From positions 1-40,165 of the forward strand of contig JAIRYT010000011.1 in the NCBI GenBank assembly GCA_031267675.1: DNA of 40,165 bases. Reading direction: 5' to 3'. A program made the position numbers and the translations under genes. The first letter of the stretch is position 1. Each line of letters starts with the position of its first letter. Below are positions 17,875-28,256 of this stretch, one piece after another. The notes beneath the pieces were generated by a model. The model ran no database searches, had not been told where the DNA came from, and worked only from the letters and a program-made list of their open reading frames with translations. The stretch comes from Treponema sp. (GTDB lineage Bacteria; Spirochaetota; Spirochaetia; Treponematales; Breznakiellaceae).

Positions 17875-18822
17875 ATGAGCTATGAGCAATTTCGGGGACG
17901 TTCGCTTTTGAGCTGGCTGGATTATTCAGCCGAAGATATTAACGCGCTGCTTGATCTGTCAAAGCAGGTAAAGGCAGAAGCAAAACGCGGCGAGGTAAAA
18001 CAACGCTTTTTGGGCAAAACAATCGCGCTGGTATTTGAAAAACGCTCTACCCGTACCCGCTGCGCCTTTGAGACCGCCTTTGGCGAAGAAGGCGGTCATC
18101 CCGTGTTCCTCTCTACCGCCGATATACAGCTGGGCGCAAAAGAATCGGTAGACGATACCGCCCGCATTCTGGGGCGCATGTTTTCCGCAATTCAGTTCCG
18201 GGGTTTTAGCCAGGATACCGTAGAGACGCTGGCCCGCTTTTCGGGCGTTCCGGTTTACAACGGGCTGACCGATGTGTACCATCCCACCCAGGCGCTTGCC
18301 GACATTATGACGCTGGAAGAAAATTTTGGTTCCGGCGGGATAAACCTTTGTTTTGTGGGCAACGGCCGCAGTAATGTGGCCAATTCCCTTATGGTGATTT
18401 GTTCAAAACTGGGGGTGAATTTTACCATCGTCACGCCGGCCTCTCTTGTTCCCGGACGCGAGTTGACAGAGCGCTGCGCGATCCTGTCCGCCGCTTCGGG
18501 GGCAAAACTGCGGATTAGCGACAAACTTGACAGTGTAACGGACGCTCACGCCCTTTATACCGATGTATGGGCCTCAATGGGCGAGGAAGACAAAAAGGCC
18601 GAGCGGCGGGCGCTGCTTTCGCCCTATCAGGTAAACAGCTCCCTTATGAAGGCGAGCGGGCGGAGCGACACGATTTTTCTTCACTGCCTGCCGGCGATCA
18701 AGGGCGAAGAAGTAAGCGCCGAGGTAATTGACGGCCCGCAGAGCCGCGCCTGGGATCAAGCGGAAAACCGCAAGCATACCATAAAGGCGATTATGCTGGC
18801 CACACTGGGATTGGCCCCTTAG
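17875..18822 (+). CDS. argF: Ornithine carbamoyltransferase
   Basis: 'STRTRCAFE' carbamoyl-phosphate-binding motif and 'HCLP' motif; start set at ATG 17875 (MSYEQF...) by N-terminal homology to known OTCases. Confidence 0.85.
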   Translation: MSYEQFRGRSLLSWLDYSAEDINALLDLSKQVKAEAKRGEVKQRFLGKTIALVFEKRSTRTRCAFETAFGEEGGHPVFLSTADIQLGAKESVDDTARILGRMFSAIQFRGFSQDTVETLARFSGVPVYNGLTDVYHPTQALADIMTLEENFGSGGINLCFVGNGRSNVANSLMVICSKLGVNFTIVTPASLVPGRELTERCAILSAASGAKLRISDKLDSVTDAHALYTDVWASMGEEDKKAERRALLSPYQVNSSLMKASGRSDTIFLHCLPAIKGEEVSAEVIDGPQSRAWDQAENRKHTIKAIMLATLGLAP

Positions 18823-18888
18823 TTGACCTTTGGAGAAAGCTGAAATATACTATAGTTAGCAGCTGTATCGAAGATAAGGAGGACCACA

Positions 18889-19332
18889 TTGGATATGCCA
18901 AAATCGAAAAAATTGCCGTTTTTTGCCCTGTTGGGGTTTCTTGCCCTGGGGGCGGCGCCCGTCCAGGCCCAGCAGCCCATTCCGCCCCAGGATCTTTCCG
19001 ATCTTTACTATGTGACAGTGCCTATCGAAAAGGTGTACCCGTACCGCAAGGGCTATGTCGTTGTGTACCGCAGGGGCGCCAACCGTGTCGCCCAGGCTTA
19101 CATTCCGTTCGAATGGTTCCGCGCCAATGTTAAAAAGGCCGATCTTATCCAGATTGGCTACGGAAGCACCCAACCCTGCCTTTCTGTTTTCTACAAAGAG
19201 GGCAAATTCCACTATGTACGCCTTTATGTAAGCCGGCAAAAGAGCCACGCCACCTGGGGGCTTATTCCTTCCATCATCAATATTGATGATCGTTTCGAGG
19301 GGCTTGAAGAGCTTCAAATGGCTTACGATTAG
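18889..19332 (+). CDS. Secreted hypothetical protein
   Basis: Signal peptide 'FFALLGFLALGAAPVQAQ'. Confidence 0.45.
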   Translation: MDMPKSKKLPFFALLGFLALGAAPVQAQQPIPPQDLSDLYYVTVPIEKVYPYRKGYVVVYRRGANRVAQAYIPFEWFRANVKKADLIQIGYGSTQPCLSVFYKEGKFHYVRLYVSRQKSHATWGLIPSIINIDDRFEGLEELQMAYD

Positions 19333-19334
19333 TA

Positions 19335-20528
19335 ATGACTCGGGAACTACTCGAAAAAATTCAAAAAGCCATTCGTCACGAAAATCTTGACGGATGGCTT
19401 TTTTGCAACTTCCGCCACCGGGACAGGCTTGCCGACCAGATTCTTGACCGGTCCGATAGTCTTGCCAATTCGCGGCTCTGGGTATACGCCGTTCCCGCCC
19501 GGGGAGAGCCGCTGGCGATCACCCACGTGATTGAATCCGGCCACCTTGACGGCCTTCCCGCCGGTACAAGGCGCTGTTACGCAAACCGCGCCGGCCTGCG
19601 GGAATGCCTTGTCCCATTAAAAGAGAAGCGCTGGGGCGTTCATCTTTCGGAACAGATCACGGCGATCTCATATCTGGACGGAGGAACCGCGGCGCTGTTT
19701 TCCGGCGCGGGATTAATTTTGACAAGCGCCGAAAGCTTGATTCAGCGCTTTAAATCGCTTCTTGACCGCGCCCAAATTGAAAGCCATGAACGGGCCGCAA
19801 ACGGCCTGTACGAAATTGTCGAAAGCGTGTGGGATTTTGTGTGCGCCTCATACAAAAGCGGCGCCGTAATTTACGAGGGCGATTTGCGCGATCGTATGGA
19901 AGACGGTTTTGTACGCCGCAATCTGGTGCGGGATCACCCGCCCCTGGCCGCGGCGGGAAAGAACAGCGCGAATCCCCACTACGATTTTACCGGAAAGGGA
20001 AGCATGGTACAGGCGGGCGACGTAATTCAGCTTGATCTGTGGGCAAAAGAAGTGGACGGTATTTACGCCGATATTTCCTGGGCCGGCTATTACGGTAAAA
20101 ATCCCCCAAAGGAAATTGAAGCCGCGTTTGCCTGTGTCCTTGAGGCACGGGATCGCGCGTTTGATTTTATTGCCGCCTCTTTTGCGGAACACCGTCCGGT
20201 TACCGGCGCGGAAGTTGATCACGAAGCGCGGAGAGTGCTGTTTAACAGGGGATACGGGGAAGCGGTTAAACACCGCACCGGACACGGCATAGACACCAAC
20301 GTACACGGCTCGGGGGTAAATATTGACGAGACGGAGTTCCCCGATACGCGCCGCATTCTTGAAGGCTCCTGTTTTTCGCTGGAGCCGGGAATCTATCTAA
20401 CCGATTACGGTTTTCGTACCGAAATCGATGTATACATTGACGGCGGCAAGGCCCTTGTATCGGGCGGCGCTGTCCCGCTGACCGGGAGTAAAATTACCCG
20501 GCTGCAGCGTGCACTGCTGGAACTTTAA
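19335..20528 (+). CDS. M24-family metallopeptidase (Xaa-Pro aminopeptidase/creatinase-like)
   Basis: 'HRTGHGIDTNVHGSGVNI' and 'SLEPGIY' M24 metal-binding blocks. Confidence 0.7.
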   Translation: MTRELLEKIQKAIRHENLDGWLFCNFRHRDRLADQILDRSDSLANSRLWVYAVPARGEPLAITHVIESGHLDGLPAGTRRCYANRAGLRECLVPLKEKRWGVHLSEQITAISYLDGGTAALFSGAGLILTSAESLIQRFKSLLDRAQIESHERAANGLYEIVESVWDFVCASYKSGAVIYEGDLRDRMEDGFVRRNLVRDHPPLAAAGKNSANPHYDFTGKGSMVQAGDVIQLDLWAKEVDGIYADISWAGYYGKNPPKEIEAAFACVLEARDRAFDFIAASFAEHRPVTGAEVDHEARRVLFNRGYGEAVKHRTGHGIDTNVHGSGVNIDETEFPDTRRILEGSCFSLEPGIYLTDYGFRTEIDVYIDGGKALVSGGAVPLTGSKITRLQRALLEL

Positions 20529-21540
20529 GTCTGCCGCAAGGAGGTTTACTACGTCACACGACAATCAGTCCCATACAATAGCCAGAACCCATGAAGAAGT
20601 TCCCGCAGAATTAATCGCGTTTATCCGCAGGGGTGATTTTTTTATTGTTGCCGGTCACAAAGAACCTGACGGCGATTGCGTGGGAAGCCAGCTTGCCATC
20701 GCGTCGGCATTGCGTCGTCTGGGAAAAACAGTGACCGTCTGTTCCGCCGGGCCTTTTAAACGGCCCGAGGTAAAGGCGTACGAACACCTTTTTTCGCCCA
20801 TGCCGGAAACAACAGGCACCCGCGTTCTGGTAATGGACTGCGCCGCTCCCGATCGTGTCGGCGATCTGCAGCTGGAGGGCCTTCCCCTTTTCTGTATCGA
20901 TCATCATGATACCTCGGGCAGCTGGGGGAACTTTACCTATCTGGACAGAAAGGCGCCGTCAGTTACCTTTATGGCGGCAAAAATAATTACCGCGCTCGGA
21001 CTGGAAATAACAAAAGAAGAAGCAGAGCTGCTTCTTTTTGGACTTTGTACCGATACGGGATTTTTTCGCCATGTAGACTCGGAGGGCGCGGAGGTATTCG
21101 CCGCTGCCGCGCGCCTTACAAAAGCCGGCGCCAATCCCAAAACAGTGTTTGCCGCCATGAACGGGAACAAAACGCTTGCCTCGCGGCTTCTTATGGGCCG
21201 TATCCTTTCGCGGACAAAAGCGTACCATAATGGACGGCTGCTGGTTTCGTACGAAGCGCTGGATGATACCAGGGAATTTGGCGAAGAAAGCCGCGACTCC
21301 GACATGCTTTACCAGCTGCTTCAAAGCGTGGCGGGTGTTGAAGCAATCGCGCTTATCAGACAGGAAAGCGTCGAAAAATGCACCCTGGGGCTGCGTTCGC
21401 GCGACCGCGTTAATGTCGCGCTTATCGCCAAACAGTTTGGCGGCGGCGGACATTACAACGCGGCCGGGGCGCTTGTTCCCGGAACAATAGCCGATCTTGT
21501 TGAACCGCTTGTAGACGCGTTTGCTCCCCAAATGACGTGA
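20509..21540 (+). CDS. nrnA: DHH-family phosphoesterase (NrnA-like nanoRNase/pAp phosphatase)
   Basis: 'DGDCVGSQLA' DHH region, 'DHHD', and DHHA1 'GGGGH'; GTG start overlapping the previous gene by 20 nt. Confidence 0.75.
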   Translation: MHCWNFKSAARRFTTSHDNQSHTIARTHEEVPAELIAFIRRGDFFIVAGHKEPDGDCVGSQLAIASALRRLGKTVTVCSAGPFKRPEVKAYEHLFSPMPETTGTRVLVMDCAAPDRVGDLQLEGLPLFCIDHHDTSGSWGNFTYLDRKAPSVTFMAAKIITALGLEITKEEAELLLFGLCTDTGFFRHVDSEGAEVFAAAARLTKAGANPKTVFAAMNGNKTLASRLLMGRILSRTKAYHNGRLLVSYEALDDTREFGEESRDSDMLYQLLQSVAGVEAIALIRQESVEKCTLGLRSRDRVNVALIAKQFGGGGHYNAAGALVPGTIADLVEPLVDAFAPQMT

Positions 21541-21612
21541 CACGCGTCATAAAATTTAAAAAATAAGCTCGTCTTCTTTCCAAAAAAATAAAAATCTATC
21601 GATGATCATCAC

Positions 21613-22449
21613 ATGAAAGAACGGCATATCGAAGAACGGGATCTTGACAAACTGCTAAAGGCGTACCGCCTGGGCATGATTTCGCAAAAGGATCTGGAAG
21701 AACGGATTTATGTAGGTATTCGTGAAAAGGGCGATTACTTTCATCTTAATTTGCTGCATGGCGAAATGCGCAGCGATTACATCCACTGGCTGTATCCGCG
21801 CCTAAAAAACGCCATAGAACGCTACAGGGATGTCGGTTCAACATTTGACGCGTATATTGCCGCGCTGGTGCGCTTTACGATCAGGGAATATACTTCGCGC
21901 ATCAAAAAACACCGCATTATGGAAAATTCCTGGTGGCGATGCAACGCGGAACATTATTTTGTAAAAGAAGAAGAAGAGGAGTATGATGAAAAACCGCCGT
22001 CCATACGGAACAAGCGGCAGGTGCTTATTCTGATTTTAAAATCGTATCAGTATCTTTCCGATCACCATCTTGAAAAATATGCAAAAGCGTTAAAGATGAG
22101 CAAAGAAAAACTCGAAAAAATGATAAGCAGCCTTCGCGGCAAAAAACTGCGGCAGGAAGAGGCTTTTCGCAAGCTGTGCGAAACCATGCACAGCCAGTAT
22201 TACCGCTGCATTGGTTTTGAAAGACGCCTTGCGGCTTTTGACGCCGGATCGGAGGCGTGGCATAAAACAGAAAAAAGTCTTGCGCTGGCCCGCAGAAGGC
22301 TGCTTTCGATACGGCGGCGCGTAAGGGTAATGCGCACCGAAGCGACAAACCGCGAAATTGCCGATATAATGGGAATTTCAAAGGGAACCGTAGATTCCTG
22401 CCTTTTCGCGGCCAAACAAAAACTCACTCGTGCGCCGCGTAAAGATTGA
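21613..22449 (+). CDS. Hypothetical regulatory protein with a C-terminal sigma-70 region-4/LuxR-type HTH
   Basis: C-terminal 'NREIADIMGISKGTVDSCLFAAKQKL' HTH. Confidence 0.35.
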   Translation: MKERHIEERDLDKLLKAYRLGMISQKDLEERIYVGIREKGDYFHLNLLHGEMRSDYIHWLYPRLKNAIERYRDVGSTFDAYIAALVRFTIREYTSRIKKHRIMENSWWRCNAEHYFVKEEEEEYDEKPPSIRNKRQVLILILKSYQYLSDHHLEKYAKALKMSKEKLEKMISSLRGKKLRQEEAFRKLCETMHSQYYRCIGFERRLAAFDAGSEAWHKTEKSLALARRRLLSIRRRVRVMRTEATNREIADIMGISKGTVDSCLFAAKQKLTRAPRKD

Positions 22450-22481
22450 CGCAACGGCGCGTAATGTTCCATAATTGGCGT

Positions 22482-22979
22482 ATGAAGACGCGGCCTTTGT
22501 TGTTGATTTTCGCTTCCCTTGCGGCGCTTTCGTGCCGGAATCTGCCTTCCGCGCCAGAGAGGGCGCTGGAACCGTCATTTAAAATTGTCGACATTGTGAT
22601 ACTGCAAAATTCACTTGTCAACACCCGCCTTAAAGTACGCATGCATATCGAAAACCCCAACGCCTTTCCTTTGGAACTTTCCGCGTTCAGCTACGAACTG
22701 CGAAGCAACGGAAGCTACTGGGCTGACGGCAAAGAAAAACAAATCCGTACCGTTCCCCCCAAATCCGCCGCGCTTGCCGATTTGGTGTTAGTAATGAATT
22801 TTACCAGCCAGTCGCGGGCGCTTCTTGACAAGGTGATTGGGCAGTCGCTTGTCGAGTACCATTTTTTTGGCAGCGCCCAAATAAACGCCGTAAAACCGTA
22901 TAACTGCGAACACGAATTACCGGCGGAACCATTTACCGCTTATTTTGATTTACAGGGAGTTTCAGAAGTACGACAATGA
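22482..22979 (+). CDS. LEA_2/WHy-domain lipoprotein
   Basis: Lipobox 'ALSC'; 'FKIVDIVILQNSLVNTRLKVRMHIENPNAFPLEL' LEA14-like block. The ORF track begins at 22446; an internal ATG carrying a signal peptide is preferred. Confidence 0.5.
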   Translation: MKTRPLLLIFASLAALSCRNLPSAPERALEPSFKIVDIVILQNSLVNTRLKVRMHIENPNAFPLELSAFSYELRSNGSYWADGKEKQIRTVPPKSAALADLVLVMNFTSQSRALLDKVIGQSLVEYHFFGSAQINAVKPYNCEHELPAEPFTAYFDLQGVSEVRQ

Positions 22980-24844
22980 TTACCATCACCACCATCAAAG
23001 AAACCGTGGAACCGAACGGAACCGGCGAAACCATAAAAACAATTCCTGCCCGCGCCGAAATCCCTTCCCGCCATAAATGGAATCTGGGATCGCTTTATGC
23101 CGATGATAACGCGTGGAACGCGGACCTTGCCGTTTATGCGGCAAACGAAGGCGAATTTGAGCAATTCCGGGGAACGCTGGGATCGTCGGCCGGGGCGCTC
23201 AAGGCGTACCTTGATTTTTGCAGCACGCTGGGAATGCTGGAAGAACGCCTTGCCTATTACAGCGATCTTCGGCAGACAGAGGACGAAGGCGACGACACCG
23301 CGCGCACCATGGCGGGAAAATTTATAATGGCCTCCTCGCGCCTGCGGGCGGCTTCGTCCTGGGACACGCCCGAAATACAGGCAATTCCCGATGCGACAAT
23401 GCAAAGTTTTCTTGCCGATCCCCGCATGGCCGATTATGTAATTTATCTGCAAAAAATACTCCGCTTTAAACCCCACATACTCAGTGACAAAGAAGAGCGT
23501 ATTTTAGCCGTTCATTCAGAAGGCGAAAATATTGCCGCCGAAACATTTTCGGTTCTGACCAATGTTGATATGGACTTTGGCGTAATTGACACGCCCCAGG
23601 GAACGCTGCCGCTTTCGCAGTCAACCTATTCGTCATTTATGGAAAACAGCGGACGCGAAGTCCGCAGCGCCGCCTACAGGGCGTTCTACCGCTGTTTTGA
23701 CGCGCATAAAACAACACTCGCCGCCCTTTATTCGGGGCAGATAAAACAGGATGTAATTAATGCGCGGATACGCGGTTATACTTCCGCCCGCGCCGCGGCG
23801 CTTTTTCCGGATCGTGTTGACGAAGCGGTATACGACAATCTGGTAAAAACCGTAAGCGCGAATCTTGAACCCCTTCACCGCTACTACGCGCTCCGCAAAA
23901 GAGTGCTTGGCGTTAAAGATCTGCGGCACTACGATGTATATGTGCCGCTTGTCTCCGGCGTAAAGCGCCAGACAAGCTGGGAAGAAGCAGTGGATATTGT
24001 CTCGGCGGCGCTCGCGCCTTTGGGCGGGGAATATGTTTCCACGCTGCGCGGCGGACTCCTTGGCAGCTGGGCCGACCGCTACGAAAACAAAGGCAAACGT
24101 TCCGGCGCTTTTTCCGCGGGAAGCTACTCAGGCGATCCGTACATCCTTATGAACTACAAAAGCGACACCATCCGCGATGTGTTTACCCTGGCCCACGAGG
24201 GCGGACACTCAATGCATTCCTGGTATTCGGCGCGGAATAATCCGTTCATGCAGTATAACTATACAATTTTTGAAGCGGAAGTCGCGTCAACATTTAACGA
24301 GGAACTGCTCTTTTACTATCTTGAACAAAATGCCGAAAAACTTTCGGGGGGCGCTTCAACGGCGGATCTTCGCCGGTACATTATCAACAAACGCGCCGAT
24401 GATTTTCTTGCCACCCTTTACCGCCAGACAATGTTTGCCGAATTCGAGCAGCGTTCCCATGAACTGGAAGAGGGCGGCACGCCGCTTACCGTCGATCTGC
24501 TGCGCGCCGAATACCGAAAACTCCTTGAAAAATACTTTGGAAGCGAAGTCGTGTTCGAAGAAGAAAGCGATCTGGAAGGCCTGCGTATTCCGCACTTTTA
24601 CCGCGCGTTCTATGTGTACAAATACGCCACCGGAATTTCCGCGTCCCATGTGCTTGCGCAGCGGGTTATTCAGGGCGGTAAAAGCGAACGCGAAGCGTAC
24701 TTTGGTTTTCTTAAATCGGGCGGCTCCCGCTTTCCCATTGATTCGCTCAAGGCCGCCGGGGTTGACATGAGCAAAAGCGGCGCGGTAGAAGACGCCTGCA
24801 GGGCCTTTGGCGGACTGGTGGAACAGCTGGAAAAATTATTTTAA
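22976..24844 (+). CDS. pepF: Oligoendopeptidase F (M3B)
   Basis: 'HEGGHSMH' HExxH zinc motif in an ~620-aa protein with M3B-like architecture. Confidence 0.8.
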   Translation: MITITTIKETVEPNGTGETIKTIPARAEIPSRHKWNLGSLYADDNAWNADLAVYAANEGEFEQFRGTLGSSAGALKAYLDFCSTLGMLEERLAYYSDLRQTEDEGDDTARTMAGKFIMASSRLRAASSWDTPEIQAIPDATMQSFLADPRMADYVIYLQKILRFKPHILSDKEERILAVHSEGENIAAETFSVLTNVDMDFGVIDTPQGTLPLSQSTYSSFMENSGREVRSAAYRAFYRCFDAHKTTLAALYSGQIKQDVINARIRGYTSARAAALFPDRVDEAVYDNLVKTVSANLEPLHRYYALRKRVLGVKDLRHYDVYVPLVSGVKRQTSWEEAVDIVSAALAPLGGEYVSTLRGGLLGSWADRYENKGKRSGAFSAGSYSGDPYILMNYKSDTIRDVFTLAHEGGHSMHSWYSARNNPFMQYNYTIFEAEVASTFNEELLFYYLEQNAEKLSGGASTADLRRYIINKRADDFLATLYRQTMFAEFEQRSHELEEGGTPLTVDLLRAEYRKLLEKYFGSEVVFEEESDLEGLRIPHFYRAFYVYKYATGISASHVLAQRVIQGGKSEREAYFGFLKSGGSRFPIDSLKAAGVDMSKSGAVEDACRAFGGLVEQLEKLF

Positions 24845-24915
24845 ACGGGTGGACAAACCGTTAAAACATCTTTACAGTAAGCTTGTTCGCACCAATTTTT
24901 GGAAAAGAGGAAGTA

Positions 24916-25479
24916 ATGATTAGAGGCGGAGATATTGTCAAAGGAACCTGTCTGCTGCAGAAGGGCCAGCCCTTTTTGGTGGTTGAGCGGGAATTTCATA
25001 ATCCGGGAAAGGGTACCGCGATAGCCCGCGTAAAAATGAAAAGCATCAAAGACGGTTCGGTGCTTAGTCTTACCATTCCTACCCAGCAGGAAGTCGAAGA
25101 CGCCCAGGTAGATATCGCAGCCTGCCAGTATCAGTACGCCGATCAGGATTTTTTTCATTTTATGAACAATGAATTATACGATCAGTATGAAATTCCCATC
25201 GCCGAAATGGAAGAAAAAAAATATTACCTGCAGGAAGGCAATTCCTACGAACTTACCATTTGGGAAGGCAGCGTTATCGACATTAAAATTCCCTACAAGG
25301 TTGTTTTTACGGTCGCGGAAAGCGAAAACTATGTCAAAGGCGACACGGTGTCGGGCGCTACCAAACCGGTAACCACCGAAACAGGCTTAACGGTGCGGGT
25401 GCCGCTTTTTATCAAACAGGACGAAAAGATTCTGGTAAACACGGAAACCAACGAGTATGTGGAGCGGGTAAACGGCTAA
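24916..25479 (+). CDS. efp: Elongation factor P
   Basis: 'MIRGGDIVKGTCLLQKGQPFLVVEREFHNPGKGTAIARVK' EF-P N-terminus; RBS AAAGAGGAAG upstream of ATG 24916. Confidence 0.9.
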   Translation: MIRGGDIVKGTCLLQKGQPFLVVEREFHNPGKGTAIARVKMKSIKDGSVLSLTIPTQQEVEDAQVDIAACQYQYADQDFFHFMNNELYDQYEIPIAEMEEKKYYLQEGNSYELTIWEGSVIDIKIPYKVVFTVAESENYVKGDTVSGATKPVTTETGLTVRVPLFIKQDEKILVNTETNEYVERVNG

Positions 25480-26105
25480 TCTTCCAAAGTCCAGATACGA
25501 TCGGTACACACATAAAGCCCCGCCCGTTTTCCCGTGCTAAGGTAGTAGTTGACAAATGACCGGTCAAAACCCTGGGTAATAAAAATATTGCGGCGCGCGC
25601 TCATGATAACGCGTTCAAGTTTATTGCCGGTAAAGGCGTCTACGCCGATAAAGGTAACCCGTCCGGGAATGGTAAGCACGGCGATACGGTTGCCGGCAAA
25701 CGCCCGTACTCCCACCGACAAGATGTTTTCCGGCAGCGCGACTTCAACAAGCCTGTTGCCGGAAAAAGCGCCATATTCAATTGAAGCCAGCGACACGGGA
25801 AACTCAACAGAATCAAGTTCGTTGTCGGCGAACGCTTCGTAGGCTATTGCAGTAACGCCCTGGGGAATCTGTACACGGGTAAGGCCGCGCCCAAAAAAAG
25901 CGCGGGCGCCTATTACCGTTACCTGCTGGCCGCCGACGCGCTCGGGTATGATTACTTCGCTTTCACTGCCGTGATAGCCCAAAATAGTAACGCCGCCGCT
26001 TTTATTTTGGAACACTTCAAACTCATTGTCCGGCGGCGGAAATTCCTGCGCAAAAAGAAGGCTGCCGGCAAGCGCCAATACAAACAGAAAGCTACCATTT
26101 TTCAT
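25476..26105 (-). CDS. BspA-type leucine-rich-repeat surface protein
   Basis: Signal peptide 'MKNGSFLFVLALAGSLLFAQ'; repeated 'I..IG..AF.GN.L' LRR units. The 5' end of the tracked ORF is trimmed to the signal-peptide Met. Stop overlaps the efp stop (convergent). Confidence 0.6.
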   Translation of the reverse strand: MKNGSFLFVLALAGSLLFAQEFPPPDNEFEVFQNKSGGVTILGYHGSESEVIIPERVGGQQVTVIGARAFFGRGLTRVQIPQGVTAIAYEAFADNELDSVEFPVSLASIEYGAFSGNRLVEVALPENILSVGVRAFAGNRIAVLTIPGRVTFIGVDAFTGNKLERVIMSARRNIFITQGFDRSFVNYYLSTGKRAGLYVCTDRIWTLED

Positions 26106-26625
26106 AATGCACCCGCGCGGGATCAAAACGATCCTTGCTCTGGCCTTCTTTTGCCGGATATCCCAGAGCAATAAGCGTAACGGGAACAATATGTTCAGGA
26201 AGTTTAAAATATGCCTTAAAAGAATCGACCCGTTCTTTTGCCGGATACCAGCCAAGCCATACGCCGCCAAGACCTTCGTCGCAAATCTGGAGCAGGGCGT
26301 TTTGGGTCGCGGCAGAAAGATCCTGCTCCCACAGCGCCTCTTCTGTCATCTTTATGTTGGGGTCGCCGTAACCGGGATCGCCGCGTTTCAGGTTGGCGCA
26401 GCAGGCAATCAGCGCCGGAGCGGCCGCGCACAGTTTGGCCCAGGGGCTCATTCCCGCAACGGCTTTTAGATCGTCTTTGCCGGTAACCACCAAAAATTCC
26501 CAGGGCTGGCGGTTATGGGCCGACGGAGCCTGAAAGGCGGCCCTGAGTATGCGCTCAATTTTTTCCGGTTCAACCGCTTTGGGCAAAAATTCCCGCACTG
26601 AACGGCGTTTAAAAATAGCATTCAT
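26092..26625 (-). CDS. Nitroreductase-family protein
   Basis: 'FKRRSVREF' nitroreductase N-terminal block; 177 aa. Confidence 0.7.
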   Translation of the reverse strand: MNAIFKRRSVREFLPKAVEPEKIERILRAAFQAPSAHNRQPWEFLVVTGKDDLKAVAGMSPWAKLCAAAPALIACCANLKRGDPGYGDPNIKMTEEALWEQDLSAATQNALLQICDEGLGGVWLGWYPAKERVDSFKAYFKLPEHIVPVTLIALGYPAKEGQSKDRFDPARVHYEKW

Positions 26626-26672
26626 GTATCCGATACTAGCATAAAAGAAAAAGAACCGCCATACTTTTATCC

Positions 26673-27812
26673 ATGAAAACGACCCGGCTAAAACCCTGGC
26701 ACGAAGCCGCGGGAGCCCGCTTTGCCGCCTTTGCGGGTTTCGACATGCCGATTCAGTATCCCGCCGGCGCGCTCGAAGAACACCGGCTGTGCAGAAGATC
26801 CGCCGGGTTTTTTGATATTGACCACATGGGCCAGCTCGTCATATCGGGCGAAGGCGCGGGCGCGGCGCTGTCGGCTATCGTATCGGGAACAATCCTTGAC
26901 ATGAAAACCGGCGACGCGCGGTACAGCCTGCTTCTTAACGAGGAAGGCGGCATTATTGACGATCTCTTTATTTACCGTTCAACTAAAAATGAAATTGACA
27001 TCGACGGTTCGCCTTTGGGTAACGATCCCTGGTTTGTTATTGTAAACGCGGGGAACCGTGAAACCGATGCCGCCTGGTTACGCGGTCACCTTCCCCCGAA
27101 CGTGCTATGCGACGATGTGTCGGACCGTACCTATATGATTTCCGTTCAGGGCCCGCGCGCAATGGAACTGCTTGACGCGCTCGCCGAAGGCAAAAAGCCG
27201 TCGTCAATGGCCCGCGCGTCGTACTGCATGGGAACAATTGCCGGAATTAAAACGCGCATAGGCCGGACCGGTTACACCGGCGAAGACGGCGCGGAATTAT
27301 ACTACCCCGCTTCCAGCGCCCTCCTCCTGTGGGAAGCGCTCGTTGAAAAAGCCGCCGCGCTCGGCATTGAGGCCGGTCCGGTAGGATTGGCGGCCCGCGA
27401 CTCACTGCGTTTTGAAGCGGGAATGCCGCTCCACGGCCACGAGATCAGCGCCGAAATTACGCCGCTCGAAGCGCTGCTGGGCTGGAGCTGCGATTTTAAC
27501 AAAGACTTTATCGGAAAAACAGCCCTGCTCGCGCAAAAGGAAAAAGGGCTTAGCCGCAAACTGGTAACCGTAAATGTTTCCGGCGGCGTTCCCCGCGAAG
27601 GTTACGCCGTACTCGGCAAAGACGGAAAAAACATCGGCAGGGTTGCGGCGGGAATGTTCTGCCCGACAACCGGAACCTATTCGGCAAACTGTTTTGTTTT
27701 TCCCGAATACGCCGCCGCGGGAACAAAATGCGCGGTAGAAATACGCGGTTCGGCAAAAGAAGCAGAAGTCGTCAAACGACCGATCTATCTGCCCGTATAC
27801 CGCAGAAAATAA
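26673..27812 (+). CDS. gcvT: Glycine cleavage system T protein (aminomethyltransferase)
   Basis: 'PWHEAAGARFAAFAGFDMPIQY' GcvT N-terminus; gcv operon context. Confidence 0.9.
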   Translation: MKTTRLKPWHEAAGARFAAFAGFDMPIQYPAGALEEHRLCRRSAGFFDIDHMGQLVISGEGAGAALSAIVSGTILDMKTGDARYSLLLNEEGGIIDDLFIYRSTKNEIDIDGSPLGNDPWFVIVNAGNRETDAAWLRGHLPPNVLCDDVSDRTYMISVQGPRAMELLDALAEGKKPSSMARASYCMGTIAGIKTRIGRTGYTGEDGAELYYPASSALLLWEALVEKAAALGIEAGPVGLAARDSLRFEAGMPLHGHEISAEITPLEALLGWSCDFNKDFIGKTALLAQKEKGLSRKLVTVNVSGGVPREGYAVLGKDGKNIGRVAAGMFCPTTGTYSANCFVFPEYAAAGTKCAVEIRGSAKEAEVVKRPIYLPVYRRK

Positions 27813-27844
27813 CGCGGGCAGACCTAAGGTTTTTTATAGGAGTA

Positions 27845-28231
27845 ATGGCAATGGTAGATAATAACGTTCGATACACCAAAACCCACGAATGGGCCCGCAG
27901 GGACGGCGCGCTTGTTACCGTGGGAATCAGCGATCATGCCCAGCACAGCCTGGGCGACATTGTGTTTGTAGATCTGCCCAAAGCCGGCGCGTCTTTTAAG
28001 GCCGGACAGGTTTTTGGCGTGGTAGAAAGCGTTAAAGCAGCCAGCGATCTGTATCTTCCCGTATCCGGAAAAATAGCCGAAGTAAACGCCGTCCTTGCGG
28101 GCGCTCCTGAAACAGTCAACACCGACTGTTACGGGGCGGGCTGGTTTGTTAAAGTAGAAGCGGAAAACGCCGCCGAATTCGACGCGCTTCTTGACCCCGC
28201 CGATTACGAAAAGATTTCTTCGCTCGAATAA
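27845..28231 (+). CDS. gcvH: Glycine cleavage system H protein
   Basis: 'VRYTKTHEWAR' and the lipoyl-lysine region 'VESVKAASDLY'; RBS GGAG upstream of ATG 27845. Confidence 0.9.
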   Translation: MAMVDNNVRYTKTHEWARRDGALVTVGISDHAQHSLGDIVFVDLPKAGASFKAGQVFGVVESVKAASDLYLPVSGKIAEVNAVLAGAPETVNTDCYGAGWFVKVEAENAAEFDALLDPADYEKISSLE

Positions 28232-28256
28232 CAGTAATCACCCAAGGAGGAATACG

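Noticed and set aside
17672-17878. 68-aa ORF in the TetR-OTC intergenic region
   Set aside because: No RBS, Arg/Ser-rich low-complexity product, ends inside the OTC start region.
25476-26625. Possible frameshift or fusion between nitroreductase and LRR genes (14-nt overlap), and between efp and the LRR gene
   Set aside because: Overlaps are short and involve different frames/strands. Both proteins have intact, typical termini (the LRR gene has its own signal-peptide Met), so there is no evidence of a pseudogene.
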